From Candidatus Omnitrophota bacterium (GTDB lineage: Bacteria > Omnitrophota > Gorgyraeia > Zapsychrales > Zapsychraceae): a DNA stretch of 64,000 nt. Shown piece by piece: positions 42,465 to 52,632 of this stretch. The notes below the pieces were generated by a model, which had not been told where the DNA came from, did no database searches, and saw nothing but the letters and a program-made list of their open reading frames with translations. Made by a program: the position numbers and the translations under genes. Each line of letters begins with the position of its first letter. The stretch's first letter is position 1. The DNA is taken from NCBI GenBank assembly GCA_020053475.1, contig JAGVNC010000028.1, positions 551-64,550 on the forward strand. Reading direction: 5' to 3'.

Positions 42465-42566
42465 GAAGCCCAGAGTTATGGAACGAGCAAAGCGAGTGAA
42501 CATAACTCTGTTGGCTGAATTAACCCCCAGCGTTTTGATTCGCATAGCGAATCAGCAGGGGGTCAC
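42465..42566. repeat. REP-like double hairpin between gyrB and gyrA
   Basis: CAGAGTTATG...CATAACTCTG, short AT linker, then ACCCCC...TGATTCGC ATA GCGAATCA...GGGGGT. Confidence 0.65.
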
Positions 42567-42580
42567 TTAATGAAATATCG

Positions 42581-45031
42581 ATGCGTGATTTAACAGCCAA
42601 AGAAAAAATCATTCCTGTTTATATCGAAGAAGAAATGAAGAATTCCTATCTTTCTTATTCGATGAGTGTTATCGTCGGCCGCGCCCTCCCGGATGTGCGT
42701 GACGGCGTTAAGCCCGTGCATCGGCGCATTTTATATGCCATGAAGGAGTTGAACCTCGAGTACCCTAAAACATATAAAAAATGCGCCCGTATCGTCGGGG
42801 AAGTGTTGGGGAAATATCACCCTCACGGGGATGTGGCCGTGTACGATACGCTCGTTCGTCTCGTTCAGGACTTTTCGATGCGCTATCCATTGGTCGACGG
42901 GCAAGGAAACTTCGGGTCGATCGATGGGGACGCCGCCGCGGCCATGCGCTATACAGAGGCCCGGTTAGCGGCCATTTCTAGTGAAATGCTCGCCGATATC
43001 GATAAGGAAACCGTCAATTTTGTCCCCAATTTTGATTCGACGTTAGAAGAACCGAGCATTTTGCCGGCTGTTTTACCTAACCTTCTGGTCAATGGATCCA
43101 GCGGGATTGCCGTCGGGATGGCGACCAACATGCCGCCGCATAATTTAGGCGAAGTGGCGGACGCGATCGTTCAGTCCATCGACAATCCGGAAATGACGAT
43201 TAAAGATTTAAACAAAATCATCAAAGGCCCTGACTTTCCCACGGGCGGGATCATCTGTGGAAAAGAAGGGATCGTCGAGGCGTATACGACAGGGCGCGGG
43301 AAATTGACGGTGCGCGCGAAGGCGGCCATCGAGCGGCAGAAGGGCAATAAAGACAGCATCATCGTCACGGAAATTCCTTATCAAGTCAATAAGGCGAACT
43401 TGATTGAAGCCATCGCCGGGCTGGTCCAAGAGAAGAAGGTCGAGGGGATCACGGACATTCGCGACGAGTCCGACAAAGATGGGATCCGCGTGGTGATTGA
43501 ACTTCGCCGGGATGTTGAGGCCCAGATCATCCTTAATTATTTATATAAACACACTCAGCTGGAAATGACATTCGGCATCATTAATTTAGCTTTAGTCAAT
43601 AACAGCCCCAAGATCCTGAATCTTAAGCAACTCATTGAGCTTTATATTGATCATCGCCGGCTGGTGATCCGTCGGCGGACACAGTTTGATTTGGACCGTG
43701 CCCTCAAACGCGCCCACATTTTAGAAGGCTTGCGCATCGCGATTGATCATATCAACCAAATTATCAAAACGATCCGGAGCTCCAAGAGCGCGCCGCAAGC
43801 CAAAGTCGCGTTAATGAAAGAATTTGGCCTTTCCGAAATCCAAGCGCAAGCGATTCTGGAAATGCAACTCCAGCGATTGACAGGGTTGGAACGCGACAAA
43901 ATCGAAGAAGAATATCAACAGCTCCTGAAAGACATTGAGGAATTCCGCGCGATTTTAGCTTCCGAGAAACGAATTGAAGGGATTATCAAAGATGAATTGA
44001 CGGAAATCAAGAAGAAATATGCCGACGAGCGCCGGACGGAAATTGCCGGAAAAGCCGAAGAGATTGAAGTCGAGGACTTGATCGCCGAAGAAGATATGGC
44101 CATCACCATCAGCAACGCCGGGTATATCAAGCGTTTGGCGGTGAGCGCGTATCGCAAGCAAAAGCGCGGCGGGAAAGGCATCACGGCGATGGAAACCCGT
44201 GAAGAAGATTTTGTCACGCAGGTGTTTGTGGCGTCTTCCAAAGATTATTTGCTTGTTTTTTCAACCGAGGGGATTGTTCGTTGGCTGAAGGTTTACGAAA
44301 TCCCCGTCGCGTCGCGCACGTCCAAAGGAAAAAATATCGCCAGCCTTTTATCGATGGCGAACGACGAGCAAATCAGTTCGATTGTCGCTGTTAAAGAATT
44401 TTCAGACAACACATATATCGTCATGGCAACCTCTCAGGGCCTCGCGAAGAAAACAAAATTGTCCGCATTCAGTAATCCCCGGAAAGCCGGGATCGTTGGG
44501 ATCACCTTGGAAAAGAATGACCGCCTCATCGGGACCGCTCTTAGTAATGGCAAATATGATGTCTTTTTAGCGACGAAGGCTGGTAAATCATTGCGTTTTT
44601 CCGAGAAGAATATTCGGGACATGGGCCGTGGGGCCAAAGGCGTGCGTGGGATCAAGTTAGGCAAAGGCGATGAGGTCGTTAGCATGCAGGCTTTTTCTCC
44701 GGATATTGATAAAACGGGGAGCACGTTATTAGCTGTTACTTCATTAGGGTTTGCCAAACGTTCATCATTTAATGAATATCGGACACAATCGCGCGGCGGC
44801 AAAGGGATCATCAATGTGAAGGTCACGGAACGCAACGGCCATGTCGTCGGAGTGCTTTCGGTTATGCCTGATGATGAAGTCATGACAGTCACCAAACAAG
44901 GAATGATCGTGCGCTGTCCTCCCAGTGATGTCCGTCAAACCGGACGAAGCGCTGTCGGCGTGCGCTTGATTTCCCTCGACAAAGGCGATACGGTAAGCTC
45001 GGTGGCCAATGTTGTGGCCAAAGACGAATAA
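42581..45031 (+). CDS. gyrA: DNA gyrase subunit A
   Basis: [16 protein letters not shown], GyrA-box QKRGGKG. Confidence 0.98.
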   Translation: MRDLTAKEKIIPVYIEEEMKNSYLSYSMSVIVGRALPDVRDGVKPVHRRILYAMKELNLEYPKTYKKCARIVGEVLGKYHPHGDVAVYDTLVRLVQDFSMRYPLVDGQGNFGSIDGDAAAAMRYTEARLAAISSEMLADIDKETVNFVPNFDSTLEEPSILPAVLPNLLVNGSSGIAVGMATNMPPHNLGEVADAIVQSIDNPEMTIKDLNKIIKGPDFPTGGIICGKEGIVEAYTTGRGKLTVRAKAAIERQKGNKDSIIVTEIPYQVNKANLIEAIAGLVQEKKVEGITDIRDESDKDGIRVVIELRRDVEAQIILNYLYKHTQLEMTFGIINLALVNNSPKILNLKQLIELYIDHRRLVIRRRTQFDLDRALKRAHILEGLRIAIDHINQIIKTIRSSKSAPQAKVALMKEFGLSEIQAQAILEMQLQRLTGLERDKIEEEYQQLLKDIEEFRAILASEKRIEGIIKDELTEIKKKYADERRTEIAGKAEEIEVEDLIAEEDMAITISNAGYIKRLAVSAYRKQKRGGKGITAMETREEDFVTQVFVASSKDYLLVFSTEGIVRWLKVYEIPVASRTSKGKNIASLLSMANDEQISSIVAVKEFSDNTYIVMATSQGLAKKTKLSAFSNPRKAGIVGITLEKNDRLIGTALSNGKYDVFLATKAGKSLRFSEKNIRDMGRGAKGVRGIKLGKGDEVVSMQAFSPDIDKTGSTLLAVTSLGFAKRSSFNEYRTQSRGGKGIINVKVTERNGHVVGVLSVMPDDEVMTVTKQGMIVRCPPSDVRQTGRSAVGVRLISLDKGDTVSSVANVVAKDE

Positions 45032-45128
45032 CCTTCGGCGCCCGCAGGAATTTTCTTGACCTCGCCCCAATCTTTACTATAATAAACCATCTTGAGGAGC
45101 GAAGCGACGAAGGATCGGCCTGCTTTGT

Positions 45129-45392
45129 ATGGATAATGAAATTTGGCATGTTTACATTATAGAATGCAAAGATAGCAAACTCTATGTTGGGATTGCTAAG
45201 GATGTTGAAAAAAGAGTTTTATTGCATAACAAAGGGATAGCCTGTAGATTCACAAAATATCGGCATCCCGTAAAATTATTGTATCAAGAGCAATGCTTAA
45301 ATCATGCACTGGCAGCGCAAAGAGAATCCGAAATCAAAGGTTTTTCCAAGAAGAAGAAATTGCAATTGATTAACAAAGATCCTTCGGCCTAA
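45129..45392 (+). CDS. Small GIY-YIG nuclease (UPF0213/YhbQ-like)
   Basis: HVYIIEC...LYVGIA...R...HN...RESEIK; flanked by inverted repeats at 45087-45116 and 45378-45406. Confidence 0.9.
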   Translation: MDNEIWHVYIIECKDSKLYVGIAKDVEKRVLLHNKGIACRFTKYRHPVKLLYQEQCLNHALAAQRESEIKGFSKKKKLQLINKDPSA

Positions 45393-45428
45393 AATGGCCT
45401 CAGGATCGAATTTTACTTCGTAAAATTC

Positions 45429-45505
45429 GACCCCATCGTCTAGCCTGGTCAGGACACAAGCTTTTCAAGCTTGCAGCGCGGGTTCAAATCCCGCTGGGGT
45501 CGCCA
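45429..45505 (+). tRNA. tRNA-Glu(TTC)
   Basis: GACCCCA acceptor stem, TTTTCAA anticodon loop, GTTCAAATC, encoded CCA. Confidence 0.93.
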
Positions 45506-45735
45506 AGCTGTCCCATAGAGAGGACCTCCCTTCGGACAAGCTCAGGAGCCGATGAGGAGGTTCTTTTGTTTGATGTGGGCAGGGGCAGGCAATACTCGAT
45601 TTTTAATTTTGGACAGTCGATGTAGGTCCGTTTGATAAAATTGCGGATAAAACTTTTCCTCTCCGGTATGGTTCCTTTCATAAGAGTTGCCCGAAGATCG
45701 GCAATGTATGGTTTAAGGCAAGAATCCTCAAACAT
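45484..45735 (-). pseudogene. C-terminal remnant of a large serine recombinase
   Basis: ERKSFIRNFIKRTYID...KIEYCLP resembles serine-integrase C-termini and reads into the tRNA; no catalytic domain upstream. Confidence 0.55.
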
Positions 45736-45899
45736 TCACCCTCCGAACATCTTATTTATTGCTTGCATTCCTCATCGGGAATAGGACATTTTTAGTGTCC
45801 GGTTGTCCGATTGCGAAAGTTGGCATGGACATAGAAAAAGCTGTTGACTCGCTGGATAGAATGAATTAAGATGGAAAAAATGGAATATCAAGAAAATCA

Positions 45900-46367
45900 A
45901 TGGATACCGCCATCCAAATAAAAGAGGCTTTCTCTCTGGTTCCAAATTTTTGGTTTTGGATTGTTGTTGGCCTCTTTACAGTCCTTATTCGCATAATTTT
46001 AACTCTCTTTAAAGCATTGGCGATCAACAATGGTGAAGTCGATGAGCCGGACTTAAAGGATGGAATCAAATGGAAAAACGCGGGGCTTAAAAAAATTTTC
46101 CTGTATTCCTTCTTTAGCAATGCAAAAGACATAAAGATTGACGACTACTGGTTGCCCGCAATAATAGGATATTCCGAATTAGCAATCTTCCCTCTTTTTA
46201 TGGCAAAAGGCTGGTTCCCGGCAATAGGTGCATGGATCGCTATTAAAACGGCGAGCTCATGGGGCGGGTGGCAAAAAACTCGTACTGCGTATAATCGTTT
46301 TCTGCTGGGAAATATTTTGTCACTCAGCGCCTCTTTTGTTATTTACAGTTTTTTTATCAAGGCATAG
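45900..46367 (+). CDS. Hypothetical multi-pass membrane protein
   Basis: 155-aa ORF with 3-4 hydrophobic segments. Confidence 0.7.
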   Translation: MDTAIQIKEAFSLVPNFWFWIVVGLFTVLIRIILTLFKALAINNGEVDEPDLKDGIKWKNAGLKKIFLYSFFSNAKDIKIDDYWLPAIIGYSELAIFPLFMAKGWFPAIGAWIAIKTASSWGGWQKTRTAYNRFLLGNILSLSASFVIYSFFIKA

Positions 46368-46384
46368 CGCAAGGGGTAAATCCT

Positions 46385-46573
46385 ATGGATGAATTTCTTA
46401 AACAATTAGAGCATTACCGTCTTGAAAACAAAATCACGCAGGAGGCGCTTGCGAAGGAACTGGACGTTGCCTTCTCGACCATCAGCCGGTGGCTTAACGG
46501 CAAGGTCAAGCCGAACAAGATTCAGGCGTATCATATCGAGAAATTTTTAAAGAGAAGCCAGGAGGCGAAATGA
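46385..46573 (+). CDS. XRE/Cro HTH regulator
   Basis: ITQEALAKELDVAFSTISRWLNGKVKP. Confidence 0.92.
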   Translation: MDEFLKQLEHYRLENKITQEALAKELDVAFSTISRWLNGKVKPNKIQAYHIEKFLKRSQEAK

Positions 46574-47538
46574 GAAAATTATTAACCACTTTATTGTTCT
46601 TGATCTTTTGTGTGGGATGCGCAACGACTAATCCATTTTATCAATTTTATCAGGATCAAACAGGGGGCGCAGACATAACCACCGTTCCAACCGTTGTTCT
46701 TCCTTCTGGAGAGCCCAAGATTTATTCTGGCAGTAATGTTGACGCAGATGTTCAAAAAATGTTGGAAGAAGGCTTTTGGCTTTTAGGATATTCATCATTT
46801 AATGCGGGAAATGTTAATGAGAGACAGTTAATAGCGAAAGCCAAAGATGTTAAGGCGGAGGTTGTAGTTTTTTATTCGCAATATACGAATACGATTTCTG
46901 GTAGCGTTCCGTTAACCTTGCCAGATAACAAAACCATAACCACGAATACTTCAGGATCGGCTTATGGGTCAGGCAATGTCTATGGTTATGGAGGGTCTGC
47001 ATATTATTCGGGATCGGGCTCCTATTATGGCAATTCCAATACGACCGTCTATGGAACAAAAACAACCTATATCCCATATTCGCAAAATCGCTATGATTAT
47101 CTTGCAACGTATTGGATTAAGATGAAAAAGCCTATTTTAGGTGTATATGCAAATGACCTGCCTTCGGAAATACGTGAAAAAATAGGAAGCAATAAGGGCG
47201 TAATAATATCCGCCGTGGTTAGAAAATCTCCGGCATTTATGGCAGATATATTAAGGGGAGACATTATAAGAAAGGTGAATGATTTAGAAATTACTGATGC
47301 CATAACGTTTCACGAATCGCTTCCACAATTTGCGGATCAGATGGTGTCGATAGAAATATTAAGAGATGGCAAGAGCATTATAAAAGAAGTTAAGCTGAAT
47401 AATGCCGAAATTGGTTCTCAGCAAAATCCTATTTATGAGACGCAAATGACGAGCGAAGATTTAAAAACGCAAAATGATATTATTGCACAGGCTTGTAGCG
47501 ACGGGAGAATATCATTGGATGACCCAGCTTGTAAGTGA
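46570..47538 (+). CDS. PDZ-domain lipoprotein
   Basis: Lipobox CVGC, G/S/Y-rich segment, PDZ motif SPAFMADILRGDII. Confidence 0.85.
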   Translation: MRKLLTTLLFLIFCVGCATTNPFYQFYQDQTGGADITTVPTVVLPSGEPKIYSGSNVDADVQKMLEEGFWLLGYSSFNAGNVNERQLIAKAKDVKAEVVVFYSQYTNTISGSVPLTLPDNKTITTNTSGSAYGSGNVYGYGGSAYYSGSGSYYGNSNTTVYGTKTTYIPYSQNRYDYLATYWIKMKKPILGVYANDLPSEIREKIGSNKGVIISAVVRKSPAFMADILRGDIIRKVNDLEITDAITFHESLPQFADQMVSIEILRDGKSIIKEVKLNNAEIGSQQNPIYETQMTSEDLKTQNDIIAQACSDGRISLDDPACK

Positions 47539-47627
47539 CCGTTCCCCGTCTCATTTTTCTTCAATTAGCCCTTCTCGCCCCTCAAATAATCGGGTATGAT
47601 ATACTTAAACCAAAGAGGCGTAATAAT

Positions 47628-48074
47628 ATGCAAAAAGATTATGTTTTATACACAATCGGTTATGAAGGCCGAGGTATCGACGAATTTGTTGATCGCTTGA
47701 AGGAATTTAAAGTCACCCGCCTTATTGATGTCCGTGAAATTCCCCTTTCTCGAAAAAAAGGATTCTCGAAAACGGCTTTAGGACAAAGATTAAACGAAGA
47801 AAATATTGAGTATGTCCATTATAAGGCGTTGGGAAGTCCGTCGGAAATAAGGCATAAATTACGAGCGGATTTGGATTATGATTATTTTTTTAAGGCTTTT
47901 TCAGATTATCTTGCCAGCAAAACGGATGTGATCGAAGAAGTTTATAATCGTTTATCCGATGGTGTAAATTGTTTGATGTGTTTTGAATTTAACCATGAAC
48001 AATGTCATCGCTCTTGTGTGGCTACCAAAATTAAGGAATATAACGGAAGTTATGTTTCGGTAGAGCATATTTGA
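47628..48074 (+). CDS. DUF488 family protein
   Basis: LYTIGYEG, LIDVREIPLSRKKGFSK, LMCFE...CHR. Confidence 0.9.
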   Translation: MQKDYVLYTIGYEGRGIDEFVDRLKEFKVTRLIDVREIPLSRKKGFSKTALGQRLNEENIEYVHYKALGSPSEIRHKLRADLDYDYFFKAFSDYLASKTDVIEEVYNRLSDGVNCLMCFEFNHEQCHRSCVATKIKEYNGSYVSVEHI

Positions 48075-48083
48075 AAATGAATA

Positions 48084-48863
48084 ATGCAATTTCAAACCAA
48101 AAAAATCCTCGTCACAGTCAAAGCCTACCCGAATCCCAGCAGTAAACACGTTGAAACTGTTTGTTGTGCAGGCATTGATTTAAGTACGAATCAATGGATA
48201 CGGCTATATCCCATTCCTTACAGGTTGTTAGAGGACGAAAAACAGTTTAAGAAATATAGCACTATAGAAGTCGCTTGTTTTAAGGCGACGGACGATCATC
48301 GTCCCGAGAGCTATAAAGTGGATGCCGACAGTATCAAGGTATTCCCGGGAGTCATCGACACAAAAGACAAATGGAAAAGACGCAAAGATATTGTCATGCC
48401 GACACTGGCAGAATCTATGTGTCAGGTTTGCAAGCTGGGAGAGGAAAAAAAGAAAACTCTGGCACTGATAAAACCGCTGGATATTGATTTTGAATGGCAG
48501 GAAGCCAAGATTGAGGAAGCGCCGGAAGAAAAGCAGGACAGCTATAAACAGCTTTCATTTACTCATACTGAAATTGAGCGCATCGAGAAAATCCCGTATG
48601 ACTTCTATTACACCTTCAAGTGTACGGAAAATAATTGCCCGGGACACAGGATGCTGATTATTGACTGGGAGATAAATCAGGCTTTTCGTAAATGGCGTTA
48701 TAAATACAAGCCGGAAGCGCTATTGTTAGAGAAGATCAAAGAAAGATGGCTTCAGTTAATGTGTTACAATAACACCGATCCGTATTTCTTTGTTGGCAAT
48801 GTGCATCGTTTCCCGAAGATTTTTATGGTGCTCGGGACATTTTATCCGCCTAAGGACAAATAA
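48084..48863 (+). CDS. Hypothetical protein coupled to DUF488
   Basis: 259 aa, 9 nt after DUF488; VTVKAYP...ETVCCAG...WIRLYP, RPESY; Cys/His cluster. Confidence 0.8.
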   Translation: MQFQTKKILVTVKAYPNPSSKHVETVCCAGIDLSTNQWIRLYPIPYRLLEDEKQFKKYSTIEVACFKATDDHRPESYKVDADSIKVFPGVIDTKDKWKRRKDIVMPTLAESMCQVCKLGEEKKKTLALIKPLDIDFEWQEAKIEEAPEEKQDSYKQLSFTHTEIERIEKIPYDFYYTFKCTENNCPGHRMLIIDWEINQAFRKWRYKYKPEALLLEKIKERWLQLMCYNNTDPYFFVGNVHRFPKIFMVLGTFYPPKDK

Positions 48864-48995
48864 GTTGCGTCAATGTGTTTAAAACGGTATCATGGCCCTG
48901 ATTGTGAAGGTTCGTTGTACTATACAGCTGGGGTCGCTTTTTCTTCCCGCAATAATTTTATCCTCTTTTGGCAAGTTGTACTATAATACCCCATC

Positions 48996-49976
48996 ATGGA
49001 CGTCATTTTTTATGAAGTTTTTGAAGAAGAAGAGGCAGCGTTAAAAAAAGCTTTACCATCCTCGATTAAAGCTAAATTTATTTCTCAAACAATCCAAGAA
49101 AGTAGCCCCGTCGGCGCACCCCCTTGTTCTCTGATCAGCGTTCGGACCCAATCGATCATTCCATCGGATTGGGCCTCGCCGGGTTCGCCGCTTAAAGGCA
49201 TTTTAAGCCGTTCGCAAGGCTACGATCATTTGGTCAGATACCGCCGAGAAACAGGATTTAAGGGCGCCCTGGGATATTTAGATCATTATTGCGATCGAGC
49301 CGTCGCGGAGCAGGCGCTTCTGATGATATTTGCACTTCTGCGAAAGTTTAACCAGCAGATCAATCAATTTAACGATTTCTCTCGCGACGGATTAACGGGC
49401 AGAGAAATTAATGGCCGGCGCTTATTAGTCGTTGGCGTTGGGCACATCGGCTATCAAATTGTCAATATGGCCAAGGGATTGCGCATGGATGTCAAAGGCG
49501 TTGATATCGATCCGCGATTCGGGGATGTGGAGTATGTGCCGCTCGAACAAGGCTTGGGCTGGGCGGACATTGTGGTCTGTGCGTTGCCTCTCACGGATCA
49601 AACAAAAGGATTGCTTAATTATGCGACGTTTGCGCGAGGGAAGAAAGGAGGCATTTTTATCAATATTTCCCGGGCGGAAATCGCCCCGATTGCCGACATC
49701 AAGCGCTTGTTAGAGGAATGTATTCTCGGTGGTGTCGGCATGGATGTTTATGAAGAAGAAAATTTGCTCGCCACGCGCTTACGTGGACGAAAAGAACACA
49801 AGGGCGCGTCTTCGCAGATCGTCTTATCTTTAAAAGACATGCCCAATGTTATTTTCACGCCGCACAATGCGTTTAACACCCAGGAAGCGTTAGAGCGCAA
49901 AGCGGCGTTAAGCGTTGAAGCAATGACAGCATTTTTTGATAAGGGAACATTCCCTAAAACCGTTCCTTCCGAATAA
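48996..49976 (+). CDS. D-2-hydroxyacid dehydrogenase
   Basis: AVAE, GVGHIG, INISR, DVYEEE, TPHNAF. Confidence 0.9.
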   Translation: MDVIFYEVFEEEEAALKKALPSSIKAKFISQTIQESSPVGAPPCSLISVRTQSIIPSDWASPGSPLKGILSRSQGYDHLVRYRRETGFKGALGYLDHYCDRAVAEQALLMIFALLRKFNQQINQFNDFSRDGLTGREINGRRLLVVGVGHIGYQIVNMAKGLRMDVKGVDIDPRFGDVEYVPLEQGLGWADIVVCALPLTDQTKGLLNYATFARGKKGGIFINISRAEIAPIADIKRLLEECILGGVGMDVYEEENLLATRLRGRKEHKGASSQIVLSLKDMPNVIFTPHNAFNTQEALERKAALSVEAMTAFFDKGTFPKTVPSE

Positions 49977-50046
49977 AGAAATTGATTTTTCCCGTTCGAG
50001 TGATTAGAATGAGTTTTTAACCTGCCTATAACCAAAGGAGTTGACG

Positions 50047-50694
50047 ATGTTAAAAATTTACGGATCAGATTTATCCTCGCCATCCAATAAGGTTCGTTTC
50101 ACCGCTAACTATTTAGGAATTCCCTACGAGTATATCAAGATCAATTTGCGCGCCGGAGAACATCAAGCGCCGGAATTTTTAAAGATTAATCCCGCCGGGA
50201 AGATCCCCGCGATGGATGACGGCGGCTTTATCCTTTGGGAAAGCGGGGCGATCTGCAAGTATCTGGCCAACAAACAAAAGAGTGATCTTTATCCCGGCGA
50301 ATTCAAAGAACGCGCGATCGTCGATCAATGGCTGGATTTTTCGACGCTGCATGTGGGCATGGCGGTCAGCCGCGTTCTGTATAATCGCGTGTTCGCGGCG
50401 ATGAGGAAAGAAGAGGTGGACGAGCGATCCATCAAAGAGAACTTAAAATTTCTAGAAAGATTCTTTCCGGTTGTCGACCAGCAGCTTGGGAAAAACGCTT
50501 ACTTGACTGGGAACAAATGGACACTCGCCGACATCACGCTTCTTGCGGGATTGGATCCCATCGAAATCGCCCACATTGACATCTCTTCTTACAAAAATAT
50601 CGTTAAATGGCGCAACGGCCTTAAACAAAAAGATTTTTACACCAAATGTTATAAGGAATACGGCGAAGCATTAAAGCAAGCAGCTTCTCGATGA
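50047..50694 (+). CDS. Glutathione S-transferase
   Basis: INPAGKIP, LWESGAI, TLADI. Confidence 0.93.
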   Translation: MLKIYGSDLSSPSNKVRFTANYLGIPYEYIKINLRAGEHQAPEFLKINPAGKIPAMDDGGFILWESGAICKYLANKQKSDLYPGEFKERAIVDQWLDFSTLHVGMAVSRVLYNRVFAAMRKEEVDERSIKENLKFLERFFPVVDQQLGKNAYLTGNKWTLADITLLAGLDPIEIAHIDISSYKNIVKWRNGLKQKDFYTKCYKEYGEALKQAASR

Positions 50695-51491
50695 AAGTCG
50701 CCGTTATTCAATTGAACGCCGGCAGCGATAAAGAAAAAAATGTCGAGCGCGCATGTTCTCTGGTTGAGAAAGCGGCCCGCCATCACGCTCAGTTTGTTCT
50801 CTTGCCCGAAGTGTTTGTGTTCCGCGGTATTCAGCCTCCCAAAACATTATGGCGGGACATCGCCGAACCGATTCCTGGCCCGACGATCAAGAGATTAGCA
50901 TCCTTCGCTAGAAAACACGCCATTTTTATTTTGGCCGGATCCATTTTTGAAAAATCTCCCATTCGGGGGAAAGTCTATAATACGTCCGTGTTCATTGACG
51001 ACAAGGGAAAGATTCCCGGACGGTATCGCAAAATGAACCTTTTTCATGCAGCCTTGGGCAAGAAAAAATTTGTCGAATCAAAAATTTTCTTGGCGGGGAA
51101 AAAAGAAACGATGGTTGTGTGCGACGGGTTTAATGTGGGTTTATCCATTTGTTATGATGTGCGATTCCCCGAACTGTACAGGACGTACGGCCGTCTCGGG
51201 GCGGACGTTTTATGCGTTCCGTCGGCATTTACATCCAAAACAGGACAAGCGCATTGGGAACCATTGGTCCGCGCCCGGGCGATCGAAAATTTGTGTTATG
51301 TGCTTGCTCCTAATCAAATCGGCAAAGATAATAGGGGAGTGAAGTGTTTTGGCCATAGCCTAATCGTGGATCCGTGGGGGCATGTGTTGGCGCGCGGCTC
51401 CGGCGGCAAAGAAGAAATTTTGTATGCGCATTTGGATAAAACAGCGATCACCCAGGCGCGGATGACGTTGCCATCAATCCGACGCAAATAA
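50691..51491 (+). CDS. Nitrilase-family hydrolase (Nit1/deaminated glutathione amidase-like)
   Basis: LPE, YRK, ICYDVRFPE triad; TGQAHWEPLVRARAIEN. Confidence 0.9.
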   Translation: MKVAVIQLNAGSDKEKNVERACSLVEKAARHHAQFVLLPEVFVFRGIQPPKTLWRDIAEPIPGPTIKRLASFARKHAIFILAGSIFEKSPIRGKVYNTSVFIDDKGKIPGRYRKMNLFHAALGKKKFVESKIFLAGKKETMVVCDGFNVGLSICYDVRFPELYRTYGRLGADVLCVPSAFTSKTGQAHWEPLVRARAIENLCYVLAPNQIGKDNRGVKCFGHSLIVDPWGHVLARGSGGKEEILYAHLDKTAITQARMTLPSIRRK

Positions 51492-51514
51492 TGTTTTAGA
51501 GAGGGAGACTTGAT

Positions 51515-52510
51515 ATGCCAGAAAAAACTGTTCGTGTGGCGGTCACCGGGGCCGCGGGCCAAATCGGCTATGCGTTGTTGTTTCGCATCGCGTCGGGACA
51601 GATGTTTGGCCCGCAAACAGCCGTGCACTTGCAATTGCTTGAGTTAGAGGCCGCCCTTAATAGCCTCAAGGGGGTTGTCATGGAGCTGGAGGATTGCGCG
51701 TTTCCTTTATTAAAATCCATCACGCCAACATCGGATCCTAATTCCGCATTTAATGATGTGGACTGGGCGATTCTCGTCGGCAGCGTGCCGCGTAAAGCCG
51801 GCATGGAGCGAAACGATTTGTTAAAAATTAACGGAGGGATCTTTACGGTTCAGGGCAAGGCCCTCTCCCAGAACGCCAAGCCAACGTGCAAAGTCCTCGT
51901 CGTGGGAAACCCTTGTAACACGAATGCCTATATTGCGAAAAGTGTCGCTAAGAATATTCCGGCAACAAATTTTTTTGCGATGACGATGTTGGATCAAAAT
52001 CGAGCCGCCGCCCAGATCGCCCAAAAAGCCGGCGTCGATGTTGCCGGGGTGAAGAATGTCGCCATCTGGGGGAATCACTCGTCGACCCAATACCCTGATT
52101 GTGATCATGCCACCATCAATGGCAACCCGGTCGCGGACGTGATTAAAGATGAAGCTTGGCTTAAAACAACGTTTATCAGTGCCGTCCAACAACGCGGGGC
52201 AGACATTATTAAGGCGCGAGGGCTTTCTTCTGCGGCGTCGGCGGCCAATGCGGTCATTGATACGGTGAGAAACTTGATCACTCCAACCCCGGCTGGAGAA
52301 TATTTCTCGGTAGCTGTCAGCTCCGATGGAAGTTATGGCATTGACAAAGGGTTAATGTTCAGCTATCCCACTCGTTCTGATGGGAACAATTGGGAAATTG
52401 TCCAAGGAATTAAGCACCATCGCTTTGCTCAAGAGAAAATTGACGCCACGCATAAAGAACTTTTGGCCGAGCGTGAGGCTGTTGAAAATCTGATCAGCGC
52501 GTTTAAATAA
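51515..52510 (+). CDS. mdh: Malate dehydrogenase
   Basis: [31 protein letters not shown]. Confidence 0.96.
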   Translation: MPEKTVRVAVTGAAGQIGYALLFRIASGQMFGPQTAVHLQLLELEAALNSLKGVVMELEDCAFPLLKSITPTSDPNSAFNDVDWAILVGSVPRKAGMERNDLLKINGGIFTVQGKALSQNAKPTCKVLVVGNPCNTNAYIAKSVAKNIPATNFFAMTMLDQNRAAAQIAQKAGVDVAGVKNVAIWGNHSSTQYPDCDHATINGNPVADVIKDEAWLKTTFISAVQQRGADIIKARGLSSAASAANAVIDTVRNLITPTPAGEYFSVAVSSDGSYGIDKGLMFSYPTRSDGNNWEIVQGIKHHRFAQEKIDATHKELLAEREAVENLISAFK

Positions 52511-52632
52511 TGGAGGAGGAGCAGTTTTTCATGTTTTAGTAAGAATTTTCTTAAAATAACTTGTTTTTTGAAGACCCGCCCATTATACTTATATTTGTAT
52601 CTAAATTTTGTAAATCATTAAAGGAGTCGGAA

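Larger units (their letters stand above)
45493..48937. mobile_element. Decayed genomic islet integrated at tRNA-Glu
   Basis: 11-bp direct repeat GCTGGGGTCGC at 45493-45503 (tRNA 3' end) and 48927-48937; recombinase remnant; accessory genes. Confidence 0.7.
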
